DNA of 64,000 nt from Okamejei kenojei (taxonomy: Eukaryota): NCBI GenBank assembly GCA_035221665.1, contig CM069158.1, positions 17,980,001 to 18,044,000 on the forward strand, written 5' to 3'. Position 1 is the stretch's first letter; every line of letters begins with the position of its first letter. A program made the position numbers and the translations under genes. The notes beneath the pieces are model-generated. The model was not told the origin of the DNA and did no database searches. It saw only the letters and a program-made list of their open reading frames with translations. This document shows positions 38,106 through 50,000 of this stretch, piece after piece.

Positions 38106-39387
38106 TGGTAGAAGGTGCTGATGGTTTCACCAGTAGATCCCTCCATTCGAATCGGCCATGCACAAATGTGGTTCTGGTGCAGGGCTGCGGATTAAACCGA
38201 GGCCACCATGACCCTTGTCAGTCTGAAGTCATACAAATCGACCACTTGCCAGAGGCTTGAGTGGCCTGCTTGTTTTGTCATAAGATTGTTTCTGGATCTC
38301 GCACCTGTGCTGAAGCTGTGCTTGAATTACCGATGGCTTGCGAACTTGTGGCTGCAGTAGTTACTTGGGTGTGGGCTGCGCGGTATGGGTTGGCCTTGAC
38401 ATGAGACGTTGGGCAGGAGACCCTAGCACTGGGTCTCGGCTCCATCCTCAAGGGCAGCATTCTCCATTCAGTGTCCCGAATATCATTCAGTTACAGAGCA
38501 GGATGCCATCAGGGCTGTCCTGACCAATCTGCTGCTGCTTTGTCTCTCTGATGGTTCCCCCCTCCCCGCTGCATGCACTCACTTTACCTACAGGATGACC
38601 AGTCCCTGAAACCTGCTGCACATGAAACATTTGGCCTTGGGGATGGACTGTTGTTGCTCGAGCTTGAGACCCAGTGCTCAAACTGCTTCAGATGGCAACA
38701 GATTCTCTACCTGAGATTTCCCAGTAATTGAGAAGCATCCCAATTCCCTTTTTTCACTGGGTGTCCATTCGCATGGTTCAGAGATTCCCTGCAATGCTTT
38801 TTTTAATTAGTCACTCTCAATTACCAAGTCAGGAATACAAACAAAATACCATCACTATTCAATTACCAATTGACTTACCCACAAATACTAGTGTAAACTC
38901 AGTGAGACTCTGATTCCAGTACTACATTTACTCAACGCTTTGCCTCAGACACAGAAACTCTTGTCAACTTCTGATTTCCACACTTTTGAATGTGGCTGTC
39001 ACTGGCAGAGCTGACAATTGCTGTCCATCCAGAGATGCCTGGAGAATGTGATGGGCAAGGGCCTTCCATTGTTGGTCACAGGCAACTGGTGAGTTGCTGG
39101 GTCACTGCAGATGGGATTGGAGATAGTGAAAGTCCAGGTACATTTGGTAGATTTTCTCCCAGAAAGGGAGGAAATGGTGTCACTGTGACTACTATCTATC
39201 TTAATTAATGCTATAAACCTCTATCAGGTCACCCCTGAGTTTCTTTCATTTAAGGGAAAAAGTCCCTTATCCACATCTACCTCTTAACACAAGCCCTCCA
39301 ATCCAAGTTACATAATTGTAGATCTTATTTGGTTCCTCTCTGGTTTAATCACATCCTTCCCACAGCACAGCGATGGGAACTGCATAC

Positions 39388-39960
39388 AAGTTCACAAGTT
39401 ATATTAGAATTAGGCCATTTGGCCCATCGTCTACTCCGCCATTCAATCATGGCTGATCTCTTTCACCTAATCCCATTTTCCTGCCTTCTCCCCATAACCC
39501 TTGATACCTGTTCTAATCAAGAACTTGTCTATCTCTGCCTTAACAATATCCTCTAACTTGGCTTCCACAGCCCTCTATGGCAGTGAGTTCCACAGATTAA
39601 CTACCCTCTGAATAAAGAAGTTCCTCCTCAACTTTTTAAAAGGGCGTTTTTAATTCTGAGGCTACGACCTCTGGTCCTAGACTCTCCCACCAGTGGAAAC
39701 ATCCTTTCCACAGCCACTCTATCTATGCCTTTCATTATTATGTAAGTTTCAATGAGGTCCCCCCTCAAACTTCTAAACTCCGGCGAGTAGAGGCCCAGTG
39801 CCATCAAACGCTCATCATATCTTAACCCACTCATTCCTGGAATCATTCTTGTAAACCTCCTCTGGACTCTCTCCAATGCCAGCACATCCTTGCTCAGATA
39901 TGGGGTCCAAATCTGCTCACAGCACTCCGACCAGCGCCTTATAGAGCCTCAGCAATACTC
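39388..39960 (-). mobile_element. Young CR1 3' fragment
   Basis: [26 protein letters not shown]...LRGDLIETY...ESRTRG; CAAGTTCACAAGTT tail. Confidence 0.88.
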
Positions 39961-41119
39961 CATGTGCAGTCTAACTAACATTTTCTACAGCCATGACATG
40001 ACCTTCCAAATCTTTTTAGCAACAGCAAGCCACATGCCTTCATCACCATCTTGTAAACCTGTGTGGGGAACTATATACATCTATCCCTATGTTTCCTTTT
40101 CAGCAATACTACCCAGGGTCGTGCCATTCATTATTATATCCTTGTCTGGTTGATGCTTCAAACTACATCACTTTGCACTTGTATGAGTAAATTCCATTTA
40201 CCATTGCCACTTTCCTAGTTGATCAATATCCTGTTGTAAGGTTAGACAGCATTCCTCACTGCCCACTTTTCCACCAATTTTGATGCCTTCCAGAAACTTA
40301 GTCGTAATGACATCTATTTTCCTCCCCATCATGATTTAATGTGACAGCATCTTCAAGCTCTTGTGTCTGAAGCCTGCTCTGTCGCACACTGTTGTGACTG
40401 GAGGTGTAAGGGGCATCTCTGGACTGAGAGATGAGGTGCAGCAACAACTGAATCAGGGAAATGGTGGGAGAATCCCCATCATCATGAATTAATGTGACAA
40501 ACTACAGTGGAGCAGTCCCAGCTCTGCGCCACACCACTAGTCACAAACCTCCCATTTGGGAAACAAACCTTCAAAACCATCCTCTGCCTCCTACCACCAA
40601 CCCAATGTTGTGTCCTCAAATTGAATTGAATACACTACATCATCAGTAAGGGTGAGTTTTAACTCAATGTCTAAATTATTGAGTAACAAAATAGACTCCT
40701 GAAGGAATTCAGCGACTGTGGAGCGAATAGACAGACAACGTTTCTGGTCAAGAGGGTTTTTCCTCTATAGACGCTGTCGGACCCACTGAGATCTAGCGGC
40801 AGTTTCATTTTTGCTCAAGAATCTGTAGTCTCTTGTGTCTGGATTATTGATGTGGGAACAGGAAGACTGCACTGTCCCACCCTGTTGTGACTAGAGGTGT
40901 GAGAAGCATATCTGTACTGAGGGATGGAGTGGTGCAACCACTGTCTCTGGGGGATGGAGGGAGAACTTGGGGAATATCAGACAACAAACGACCTGCTCAT
41001 TCACGGGTTGTGTTTAACAGGCCACCAGCCAGTGGCTGACAGTGTCACCGCCTCAAACCGACCGTGTCTGATGGCGAATGGGAGGGTTTCGGATCCGCGC
41101 TCCGGTCACCCAGTGTGAC

Positions 41120-41167
41120 CCGCCCTGATTTGCACGGATTTCCTTTCTGTGTCAATGGCTCTATAAG
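41120..41167 (+). promoter_or_regulatory. IgL copy 2 promoter (GC box, decamer/octamer variant, TATA)
   Basis: CCGCCC 41120, TGATTTGCAC 41126-41135, TATAAG 41162-41167, about 80 nt upstream of the ATG. Confidence 0.8.
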
Positions 41168-41242
41168 TGGGTTCCATCGGCAGCGGCGTCCACAGTCTGT
41201 CACAGGTACAGCGGCTGGAGTGAGGCAAGAAACCGAGTAACG

Positions 41243-41288
41243 ATGCAAACGCTGTACCTTTTCTGGTCTCTGGCACTGTGGCTGAGCT
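41243..41288 (+). CDS. Ig light chain leader exon, copy 2
   Basis: MQTLYLFWSLALWLS + T|GTAAGT; hydrophobic signal peptide, phase 1. Confidence 0.92.
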
Positions 41289-41392
41289 GTAAGTACAGGG
41301 CTGCAAGTCAGCCTTGCCAGCGGGTGTGATGTGGGATCTTGGGGTCACATTAAAGAGTCAATGGTTAAAATTTAATTATTTCTACTTTACAG

Positions 41393-41749
41393 CTGGAGAG
41401 TGTCAGACTGTAACCCAACCTGCGAGCTTGTCGGTGAATCCAGGGGACACGGCCACGCTGGAATGCAATGTCGGAATAAAGGATACCGGATATTCTTATT
41501 GGTACAAACAGATACCGGGAACCACTCCTCAATGGATCCTCCGGTATTATCACGGACACGACGCCCCGACCTATGGGTCTGGGTTTAGCAGCGACCGTTT
41601 CACATCGAAAGCCAACAGCGCCGCCACCGTTTACCAGTTGATCATAAGCAAGGCGGAGGTGAATGACGCTGCCGTCTATTACTGTATGAAATGGTTTCCA
41701 GCGAACAGTATTTTCATGTTCGGCCCAGGGACCAAGCTCTTTGTTACAG
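41393..41749 (+). CDS. Ig light chain (sigma-like) germline-joined VJ exon, copy 2, intact
   Basis: (S)GEC-QTVTQPASLSVNPGDTATLECNVGIKDTGYSYWYKQIPGTTPQWILRYYHGHDAPTYGSGFSSDRFTS...DAAVYYCMKWFPANSIFMFGPGTKLFVT; long CDR2 with YGSGFSS typical of sigma; canonical splice sites; no RSS. Confidence 0.95.
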
Positions 41750-42221
41750 GTAAGTATCTGGGAAATCATCCCGCAATTACTAACCGCGAGAATACGGTCA
41801 GTTGGCAAGTAATACTTTAACCTTTATTATTATCTGGCTAATTTTATCGATAAATTTTTATTTTGCAATCCATTTGAGTCCTGTGTCCAGCACCAGTTCA
41901 AATAAATATAGTTGTGTTCAGTGAATTGTTACTGTATTTTAATGACCACATTCTCTATTTCGTGAAGCTTATTTGATATTTCAAAAAGGTACACTCTCGG
42001 TTAATCAATTCGCTTTGTGGTGTTGTTGCTCTGTCTCTGCATGTGCTTGTGAATACTGTGTTTCTGATACTAGTTTGTCCGCGTTGTGCAAGTGAACGTG
42101 AGGGGTCCCAGCTTCCTAAAGTGGGGTCCGGTTTCACAGTGGGGACAGGACTAGAGACAGCCCGGGGTTGTTGAGGCAGTGGAACTATAAGCTTCACGTT
42201 ATTGTATGAGGATCCCACAGC

Positions 42222-42437
42222 GGAATCTCCCCCGGAATTTCACGGAAACTCCAATCCTCCCGGTGACGACGGAACTCTCCTGCAGCCACCCGCCCAATAA
42301 AAGCCCCTCTCCCGTTCCCCAGTCCTTGCCTCCTCTCCTGCCATCTCTCCCCTTGACCGCCGCTCCTTTGCGGGAACCATTGCCGTCGCTGCACCGACTG
42401 AGTCGGAGCTCCGGGTCTGGGGAGAATCGCACCTGCC
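42222..42437 (+). promoter_or_regulatory. J-C intronic NF-kB site cluster plus E2-box, copy 2
   Basis: GGAATCTCCC, GGAATTTCAC, GGAAACTCCA, GGAACTCTCC, CCGCCCAATAAAAG; CACCTGCC at 42430-42437. Confidence 0.55.
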
Positions 42438-43121
42438 CTCCCCCACAGTGAATGGGACCCGTCACAGGTCACAGAGCGACCCGCCCTGTCCAGCTCCGTG
42501 AAGCTCAGCACGGCGCAGCCGCTGTCCTCGCCCGCTTGGAGAATTTGAGATGTGTTTGTTCTCCCGGCAGCAGCGAGGGGCACATCACTCAGTGAGTGGG
42601 AACATTCAACTGACCCGGGGTCGCCTCTGGTCGCGGCGTGTGGCTCGGCTCCGTTCATGACTCGGTGCCGGAAAGCCTCACCAGTTGGAGTAGATTCCCC
42701 GCCGGCACTCGTTGGTCCCAGAGCGAGGGGTCACTGGTTGGCGGTCGGTAGTGGGATCACGGATCCCTCCCCTCACTAACCAGAGGCACTGAGGCCGTGA
42801 AGCCTCACTGTGGGACTCTCCCGCAATCAGCTCATGTGCACAGGCCGCGGTAAACCTGGGAGTGGAGGTGAGGTGACCGAGCGTCTGATGCTGTGAACCA
42901 GCGAGTTACCAGCAGGACCCTAAAACAGAAACGTTGCCTCACATCTCTAGTTCCCCGGCGTTGATCCATGCGGCGACCTCCATGGGCACCGCTCCGTCCC
43001 TCAGTGAGACTCGCGGCCCCACTAGAGGAAGCTGCAACTTCTCACTTGCGCTTCTGTCAAACGCGGAGATGACCGAGCTCTTCCGTCACCTGAAACATGT
43101 CTTCTCTTCTTCCCATTGCAG

Positions 43122-43444
43122 ACTCGCATCTTCCAGACCCTTCAGTGAAACTGCTGGGGCCGTCAGACGAGGAGATGTCCGCTGAAGGAGCGGGCACCTT
43201 AGTTTGCCTGGTCAGTAAACTGTCCATGGGCTTCCCCGCCGTCAGCTGGACAGTGGACGGGAGACCGCCGGGCAGTGAGGTGCAAACCAGCGCGGTGAGG
43301 CGGGACACGGACAACACCTTCAGTCTCAGCAGCTACCTGAAGGTGCCCGGCGCAGACTGGAGCAGTGGGAAGTTGTACTCCTGCACAGTTCAACAAGGAG
43401 CAGCCTCGAAAATATCCGCCACAGTCTCACAATCCAGCTGTTAA
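43122..43444 (+). CDS. Ig light chain (sigma-like) constant exon, copy 2
   Basis: CCCATTGCAG acceptor; DSHLPDPSVKLLGPS...LVCLV...W...YSCTV...SQSSC*; spliced leader+VJ+C = 726 nt, 241 aa, fully open. Confidence 0.95.
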
Positions 43445-43770
43445 AGTCAGCGGGGCTCCGGGCGTGTTTTCTATTTGATTACCGGGAGATCACTGCCTCT
43501 CATCTTCCTCCCACTGTGTGTGCGCCCGCTGTTCTCTGTATCCCCTGCTTCCGATCCGCGTTCTCCGGTTTCCACTGTGTTATTGGAACATTTGTGCTCG
43601 AATTGATTGTTCTGTTTCTTTCACCGTTAGGCGACACGGGTTAAAGTGGTCAGTAACTTGGCTTCATCAGAAATTGTTTTCTCAGGCAACAGACATGGAT
43701 GTTATTAAGAAAAGCGTTTGTAATTCTTCATCTGTATCAGACTGACTATCTGCAACTACGTCAAACTACC

Positions 43771-43776
43771 AATAAA
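43771..43776 (+). terminator. IgL copy 2 polyadenylation signal
   Basis: AATAAA ~330 nt after the stop, conserved in copy 1, followed by a GT-rich tract. Confidence 0.7.
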
Positions 43777-45439
43777 AATGATCAATGCAGGAATTATTTA
43801 CGTGTGTGTCTCGTTATCTTGGGATCTCTTCCCATTCTGGCGCCAGATGGGAGGAGGGTGGTCTCGTCTGTCTGCGCTCCTTTGCAGCATCTTTAGACAT
43901 GGGATATCAGGGAAGAACGGCGGGAAGATCCGTTGCTGGGGTACTGAAAAGAATAGGGACAGGGTAATTGGAAGGCAGTGATGATAAGATTATAACAAGA
44001 CATTTAATGTTTGGGAACGATAATAAAGAAAGTAAATTTGCTGGAAATATTCAAGTGGTCAGGCCGCACCTGTGAAGAACTTTAAAACCTAAGTTACATT
44101 GCGGGCAACGACCTTTCACCAGAATTGACCAATTCAGACACAAACTGCAATGGCTGGTTATTTGAAGTGGTTACAATATAGGCTAGGTGCCGAGTTTAGT
44201 TCACGTTACACATTCCCCTTTCTCTCTCTGTCATGACCAGGAGAACTATTTGTGCAGTTCAGAGGCTGCAATGTAAAGTGGAGGGGGACTGTATAATTAA
44301 AAACATGGAAAGAATTTACGTAGCATGCAAAACACAGACGGTGCAGCACAGAAGTTAAATTGAATCGTTGTCGGGGGATCGCAGCTGGCGGGTGTTTGCC
44401 TGTTGCCGAGGCTGCAGCCTCTGGTATGTGAGAGGGTGAGCGGGGCTGGGATTCTTAGCAGTTCATCATCGTCCCTCCGCTGCTCACTGAGCGCGCCTCC
44501 ATCATTTTCTTTGCAGTGCACCCGCCCCCAAATGCACTGCTTCTCGGTTTCAGTTCCAGTTTCAACTTTCTTGGGCCGAAGACTTGTTCTCGTTTAGATT
44601 TTCTCTACTCCCACGAAGCAGACAGAGCACCACCACCGCAGCTGGGAGAGTATTTCTTCCTTGGGGCGGTCGGCATATATCAATCCCGTTCTGCATTTTA
44701 AATAATGGGTGAATCCCTGCTGCCTTCTGCCTTATTGAAAGCGACAGCGGAATTGACGGGAGAAGGATGGAGGAATTGAGAGGGGAAGGGAGGATGGGAA
44801 GGAGGAAGAGCGGGGAGACAAACTGAGGAGTGAGTCACAGCCCAGCGGATGGAAAGGTGGGCAAGGAAGGAGTTGGAAGGCCATAGGGATGGGGGGCCGA
44901 GGGAGGAGGGGTAGAGTGAGATTCAGACGGACGATCTTCTCCTTCCCTATTTCTCACAACCCTCCTTCCTCAATTGTCAACACTCGCGAGGCCGAATATT
45001 GGTTCCTGGGTCAATGGGTCTTGAAACCACATTGTAGCCAGGTCCATAGTTGAAAGTTTGGACCGAAGCAAGACGCCCCATGGGAAGGGCAGCCACACTT
45101 CCTGTCCTCGGGTTCAGATTTATTCCATTGTGAAATTTTGGCCAATGCTTTATCAACACACTGGAGGTAAAATAGAGCTGGTGTACGATTTGATAATTTT
45201 TATTGCTCTGAACATTGGGCTTACTGAACTGTGCTTGGAGATTTACCGAGTCAGTTGGGAAGGAAATATTTGCATAAATTATCCACCATATATCATGGTT
45301 GCACACATGACAATACCCTCCTTGTATATATGTTTTTACACGTGCTTGCATTTCGCGAGCACATGTACCTTCAGGTGTACCCTCAGGTCAAGCACGTTAT
45401 TTGCCAGTATAATGTGGCCTTTGGTATTCCACGCTCCAG

Positions 45440-45845
45440 GTATCTTGAATCTGTAGCAAGAATGAATATCGGTTTTTCTGTGCAAAATAAGCATTTATTC
45501 AGCTTTTACACGCACATATTTCCACGTAGGCCCTGTGAATTAGAATGTAGTCAGTATAAAGGAAGTAAAATGGGAGCGGCGAGTCTGGTGGAAGGATCAT
45601 GATACTCGAATAATAGATTCCCCGCAAGAGTGGCCGGTGCATACATCACCTCCATTGTTGCGAAAAATAAAGAAGTTGGCCAGGCAGACTTGTTTGCTGG
45701 AGTTCTGTCTCCTGAGAATTAGCATCGCTACGTTGAAGATGAGGAGGCCGGTTCACAAGATTCTTCCGCTTTTCTTCACGGCTGGGAGCTGTCCGGTGCT
45801 GAAGATGTGGCTGCACCCTCGGGACAGGAGTGTGCTGGTGACAGG
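45440..45845 (+). pseudogene. Decayed IgV-like exon (paralog of 9005-9375)
   Basis: CTCCAG acceptor; GILNL*QE*ISV...FT(R)TY...VKWERR...ADLFAGVLS/LRIS/YVEDE-GRFT...VLVT; GTGAG donor. Confidence 0.35.
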
Positions 45846-46164
45846 GTGAGCGGGCTTGGTTTCTCATCAGTGGAGCCAGGATTTTGCCATAAATGCCATG
45901 TGCCTTTTCATGCCTTTTTTTGATAAATCAGCCTTTTTTGCCGTTTTGCTAAAAGGCCGTGCTATTTTCTCTAGTTGTACTGTGATTACAATGATGGTTT
46001 CAATGTGAACACGTTAATATGAAAGTTATTATTAACGTGTATTATTATAATATAACTTACAAGAAAATTTCCACCACCCAGGCGAAACCGGGTGCACCAC
46101 CGTCGGTTGTTCATTCGTTCCAGCCGCTGCCTGCTGGCTCAGTCTTCTCCAAGATCTATTTGAG

Positions 46165-46450
46165 AAACAAGTGTAGATGCTGGAAAAATCGAAGGTAGAC
46201 AAAAAATGCTGGAGAATGCGGGTGAGGCAGCGTCAATGGAGAGAAGGAATAGCGACGCTTGGGGTCGAGACCCTTCTTCAGACTGATGTGGGGGGGGGGG
46301 GGGGAGAAAGGAAGAGGCAGAAACAGTAGGACTAGAAGGAGAGCTGGGAAGGGGGAGGGGGAGGAGGGAGAAGACAAGGGTTATCTAAAATTAGAGAAGT
46401 AAATGCTGATACCGCTGGGGTGTAGACTGCCCAAGTGAAATACCCAAGCT
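46165..46450 (-). mobile_element. Penelope-like 3' fragment with hammerhead-like core, inside the hAT element
   Basis: GCGACGCTTGGGGTCGAGACCCTTCTTCAGACT followed by purine-rich Penelope-like 3' sequence. Confidence 0.5.
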
Positions 46451-47025
46451 TGTCTCTTCACTACATTTACTGCTGGCTCCAGTTGCAAATCTGAGTTTTT
46501 GAGTGATCTGTGTAAGGCATTCATTGATGCTAGAATTCCACAGTGGAAATTGGAAAACAAATCTCTCAGAGGTGTTTTTAGAGAAATACACAGATGAACA
46601 TATACCAAGCAAGTCATCATTATGGAAAAATTATGTTGACAGCAACATTAACATTGTTGTGCAGAAAATTAGAGATGAAGTTGCACGCAACAAAATATAG
46701 ATCTCAATAGACGAGACAATCGATGCTGTGGGGAGATATGTTGCCAATGTGGTCATCGGTACACTGGAGGCAGGTCAACCATCAAAGGAGTATTCGTTGA
46801 TATCGGAAGTATTGGAGAATTCAAATAGCTCACCAATTGTTCAGTTGTTTACATTTTCACTTGCTATACTTTGGCCAGAAGGGATAAAACATGAGAATGT
46901 TCTTCTGTTTGTGACTGATGCAGCTTTGTACATGAAAAAAGCTGCTCGTGCTCTTAAAAGTTTTATTCCCCAAAATGTTGCATTTGACATGCTTAGCTCA
47001 AGGACTTCATAGAATTGCCAAGCAC

Positions 47026-50000
47026 TTCCGGTGGCGCTATGGAGTGAGTGGAACTCGCGCCATTCAGCTCCGCTAAAAATTGTATTTAAAACATGGGTAA
47101 AGGGGGTTAAGTGAAGCTACTCACCAGAGGAGAACGGGTGTGAACATCTCTGGTAGCGTTAAAAAGGTGCGTGACGTCATCAGGTGCACGACTTTAACAA
47201 GACAATGTCGATGCATCGCCCCCTCCCCCACCAAGTGAAAAAGCCTGTGAAAAAGGAAGTAGGCCTCACTGGAGCCTCAGGCTCGAGTTTGAGTGCCTCC
47301 CAGGAAGATATTTTAAAGATGGATGACCTCAAAAAAATTATTATGGATGAGCTAAAAAAAATGCTTAAGGATATGAAAAAAGAATATAAAGAAGAAATAA
47401 AGACTTTAAGAAATCATATTTTGGTGTATCATGAAAATTTGAAAGAAGAGTTCAAAAAAGAAGTTATAACTACTGTAAAGACTATGATGGACGAATGGAA
47501 AGATAAAGCGGGTACACTTTGAATTTTGGGATAAACCACAAAAGTTACCGCACGCCAGCTTAGAAAATTAGATGAGGAGAAAATGATACATAAAATTAGA
47601 TCTGAACAAGGAGAAATATTGACTTTACCAAAAGATATCAATGATACATTTTCACAATATTATCAAAATCTTTACTCATCTAAACTAGCAGGACAACCAG
47701 ATGGAATGGAAACATTCCTACAAGAATGTCATATTAATAGTTGGAATCAGGAAGGTAGAGACTTGTTAAATTCTGATATATCAGTAAAAGATATTGAAGA
47801 ATCAATTGGATCATTAAATAACGGAAAAGCCGCAGGCCCTGATGGCTTAAGTGTTGAATTTTATAAGTTTTATGATCTGATCTCTCCACGTTTACATATA
47901 ATATATAAATATGCTTATGAGCAAGGAAAGTTACCAGAATCATTAAATGAATCTACAATTGCACTTATCCCTAAAGCTGATAAAGATTTGGAAGACCCTG
48001 GGTCATACAGGGCAATAGCTCTTTTAAACACTGATCAAAAAATACTAACTAAAATTTTATCTCGGAGGCTAAGTTTAGTGATTAATAACTTAATACATCA
48101 TGACCAAACAGGTTTCATCCCAAAACGCTACTCATCTTATAATCTGAGACGTCTATTCAATATCATATACTCAAAAAGAGTGAATGATATTGAACTAGCT
48201 GTCATATCCTTAGATGCTGAAAAAGCATTTGACCATGTTGAATGGCCATTTTTATTTAAAATAGTGCAGAAATTTCAACTGGGGGATAGATTTTCCAAAT
48301 GGGTAAAAATCATATACTCGAATCCAACTGCAAGAATATTAACAAATCAAATGTTATCAGCAATAATCTTTATTTCTTTAGGGGTTGTAGACAAGGATGC
48401 CCATTATCACCATTCCTATTTGCTCTGGTAATAGAACCATTAGCCGAAATGATTAGATCAGAACCAGAAATATATGGATATAATACCAAAACTACAACGA
48501 ATAAAATATCTCTATACGCAGATGACATCTTAATTTATATCACAAAACCGGAGATTAGTATTCCTAATCTATTTAATGTTATAACTAAGTTTGGCACATT
48601 TTCTGGGTATAGAATTAACTGGAATAAAAGTGAAATTATGCCTATAACTGGAATAAAATCAAATATACTAGAACAATCCCCACTTAAAATAGTCACGGAC
48701 AAATTTAAATATCATTTTTAATTACAAATTTATACATATACAAATTTAAGTTATATAGGAATTAATGTATCTAAATCCTATAACTGTCTATTTAAATATA
48801 ATTACCCTCAATTGTTAAATAAACTAAAAAAAAAAAAAATTATATTGGAAAACACTACCTATTTCAATGATCGGTAGAATAAATGCTATAAAAATGATTC
48901 TTTTGCCACAATTGTTATATTTATTTCAAGCCATCCCTTTATATCTCCCTAAAATGTTTTTTTTTTAAAAAGATACTTTGGGGTTAATAGTTTTATTTGG
49001 GACTATAAATATCATCGAATAAGTAAAAAACATCTATGTAAATCTAAAATAAATGGTGGACTAGCACTACCAAATTTCTTATATTATTTCTGGGCAGTTC
49101 AGATTAAAAATATGAATTTTTGGTTGGTAAACTTAGATTATGAGCCAAACTGGCTAAAGATGGAAAAGGAAGACTGTTTGCCTTTTGAAGTAGGTTCGAT
49201 TCTTTTTGCACCAAGGGAAGTACAAAAAAAAACGTATGGTGATAACCCTATAATTCATAGCAATAGACATATTTGGAAACACTTAGTTAAGACCCTACAT
49301 ATGGATAATCTGTCACTTTGTTTGCCAATTATGAATAATCCTTTGTTTAAGCCCTCTGTATTGGACAAGGGGTTTAGACACTGGAATGCTTTAGGAATTA
49401 TAAGGATAGAACATCTTTACAAGAAAGGAACATTTCTTTCATTTCAAGAGTTGCAGGATATCTATGGATTGCAGTCAAATAACATATTTAGGTATTTACA
49501 AATTAGAAACTATTTTAAGTCAAATACACAAGACTATAAAAATAGAAAACCAGGATTATTAGATGAATTGTTTAATAAACACCCAAATACAGAAAAATTA
49601 ATAGCGTATATATACAATACTATCTTGGATAGGGAAATCCCAACTTCGGAAATATATCGACAAACATGGGAAAATGAAATAGGTTTATCTATAACGAAGG
49701 AAACTTGGGAAGAAAGCCTACAATGTATACATCGTCGTTCATTAAATGCTAGACATATATTGATGCAATTTAAGGTATTACACAGATTACATTATTCAAA
49801 AACGAAATTAAATAGAATTTATTCTACCATTTCTTCTATTTGTGATAAATGTCAGAACTTGGAAGCTAACTTAATGCATAGTTTTGTAACATGTATAAAA
49901 CTCAACTATTATTGGGCAGAAATCTTTAGAGTTATCTCTGAAGTTCTTAAAATTAAACTGGACCCAGATCCAAAATTAATAATATTAGGAGTTCCGGATT

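Noticed and set aside
41314-41820. 168-aa single-exon ORF as the Ig protein (also 14021-14467, 12269-12616, 43097-43444)
   Set aside because: The ORF ends are intronic read-through; the true structure is leader + VJ + C with canonical splice sites.
41243-43444. Processed (retroposed) or somatically rearranged Ig sequence
   Set aside because: Both introns and the promoter are present, and joined paralogs carry old TE insertions.
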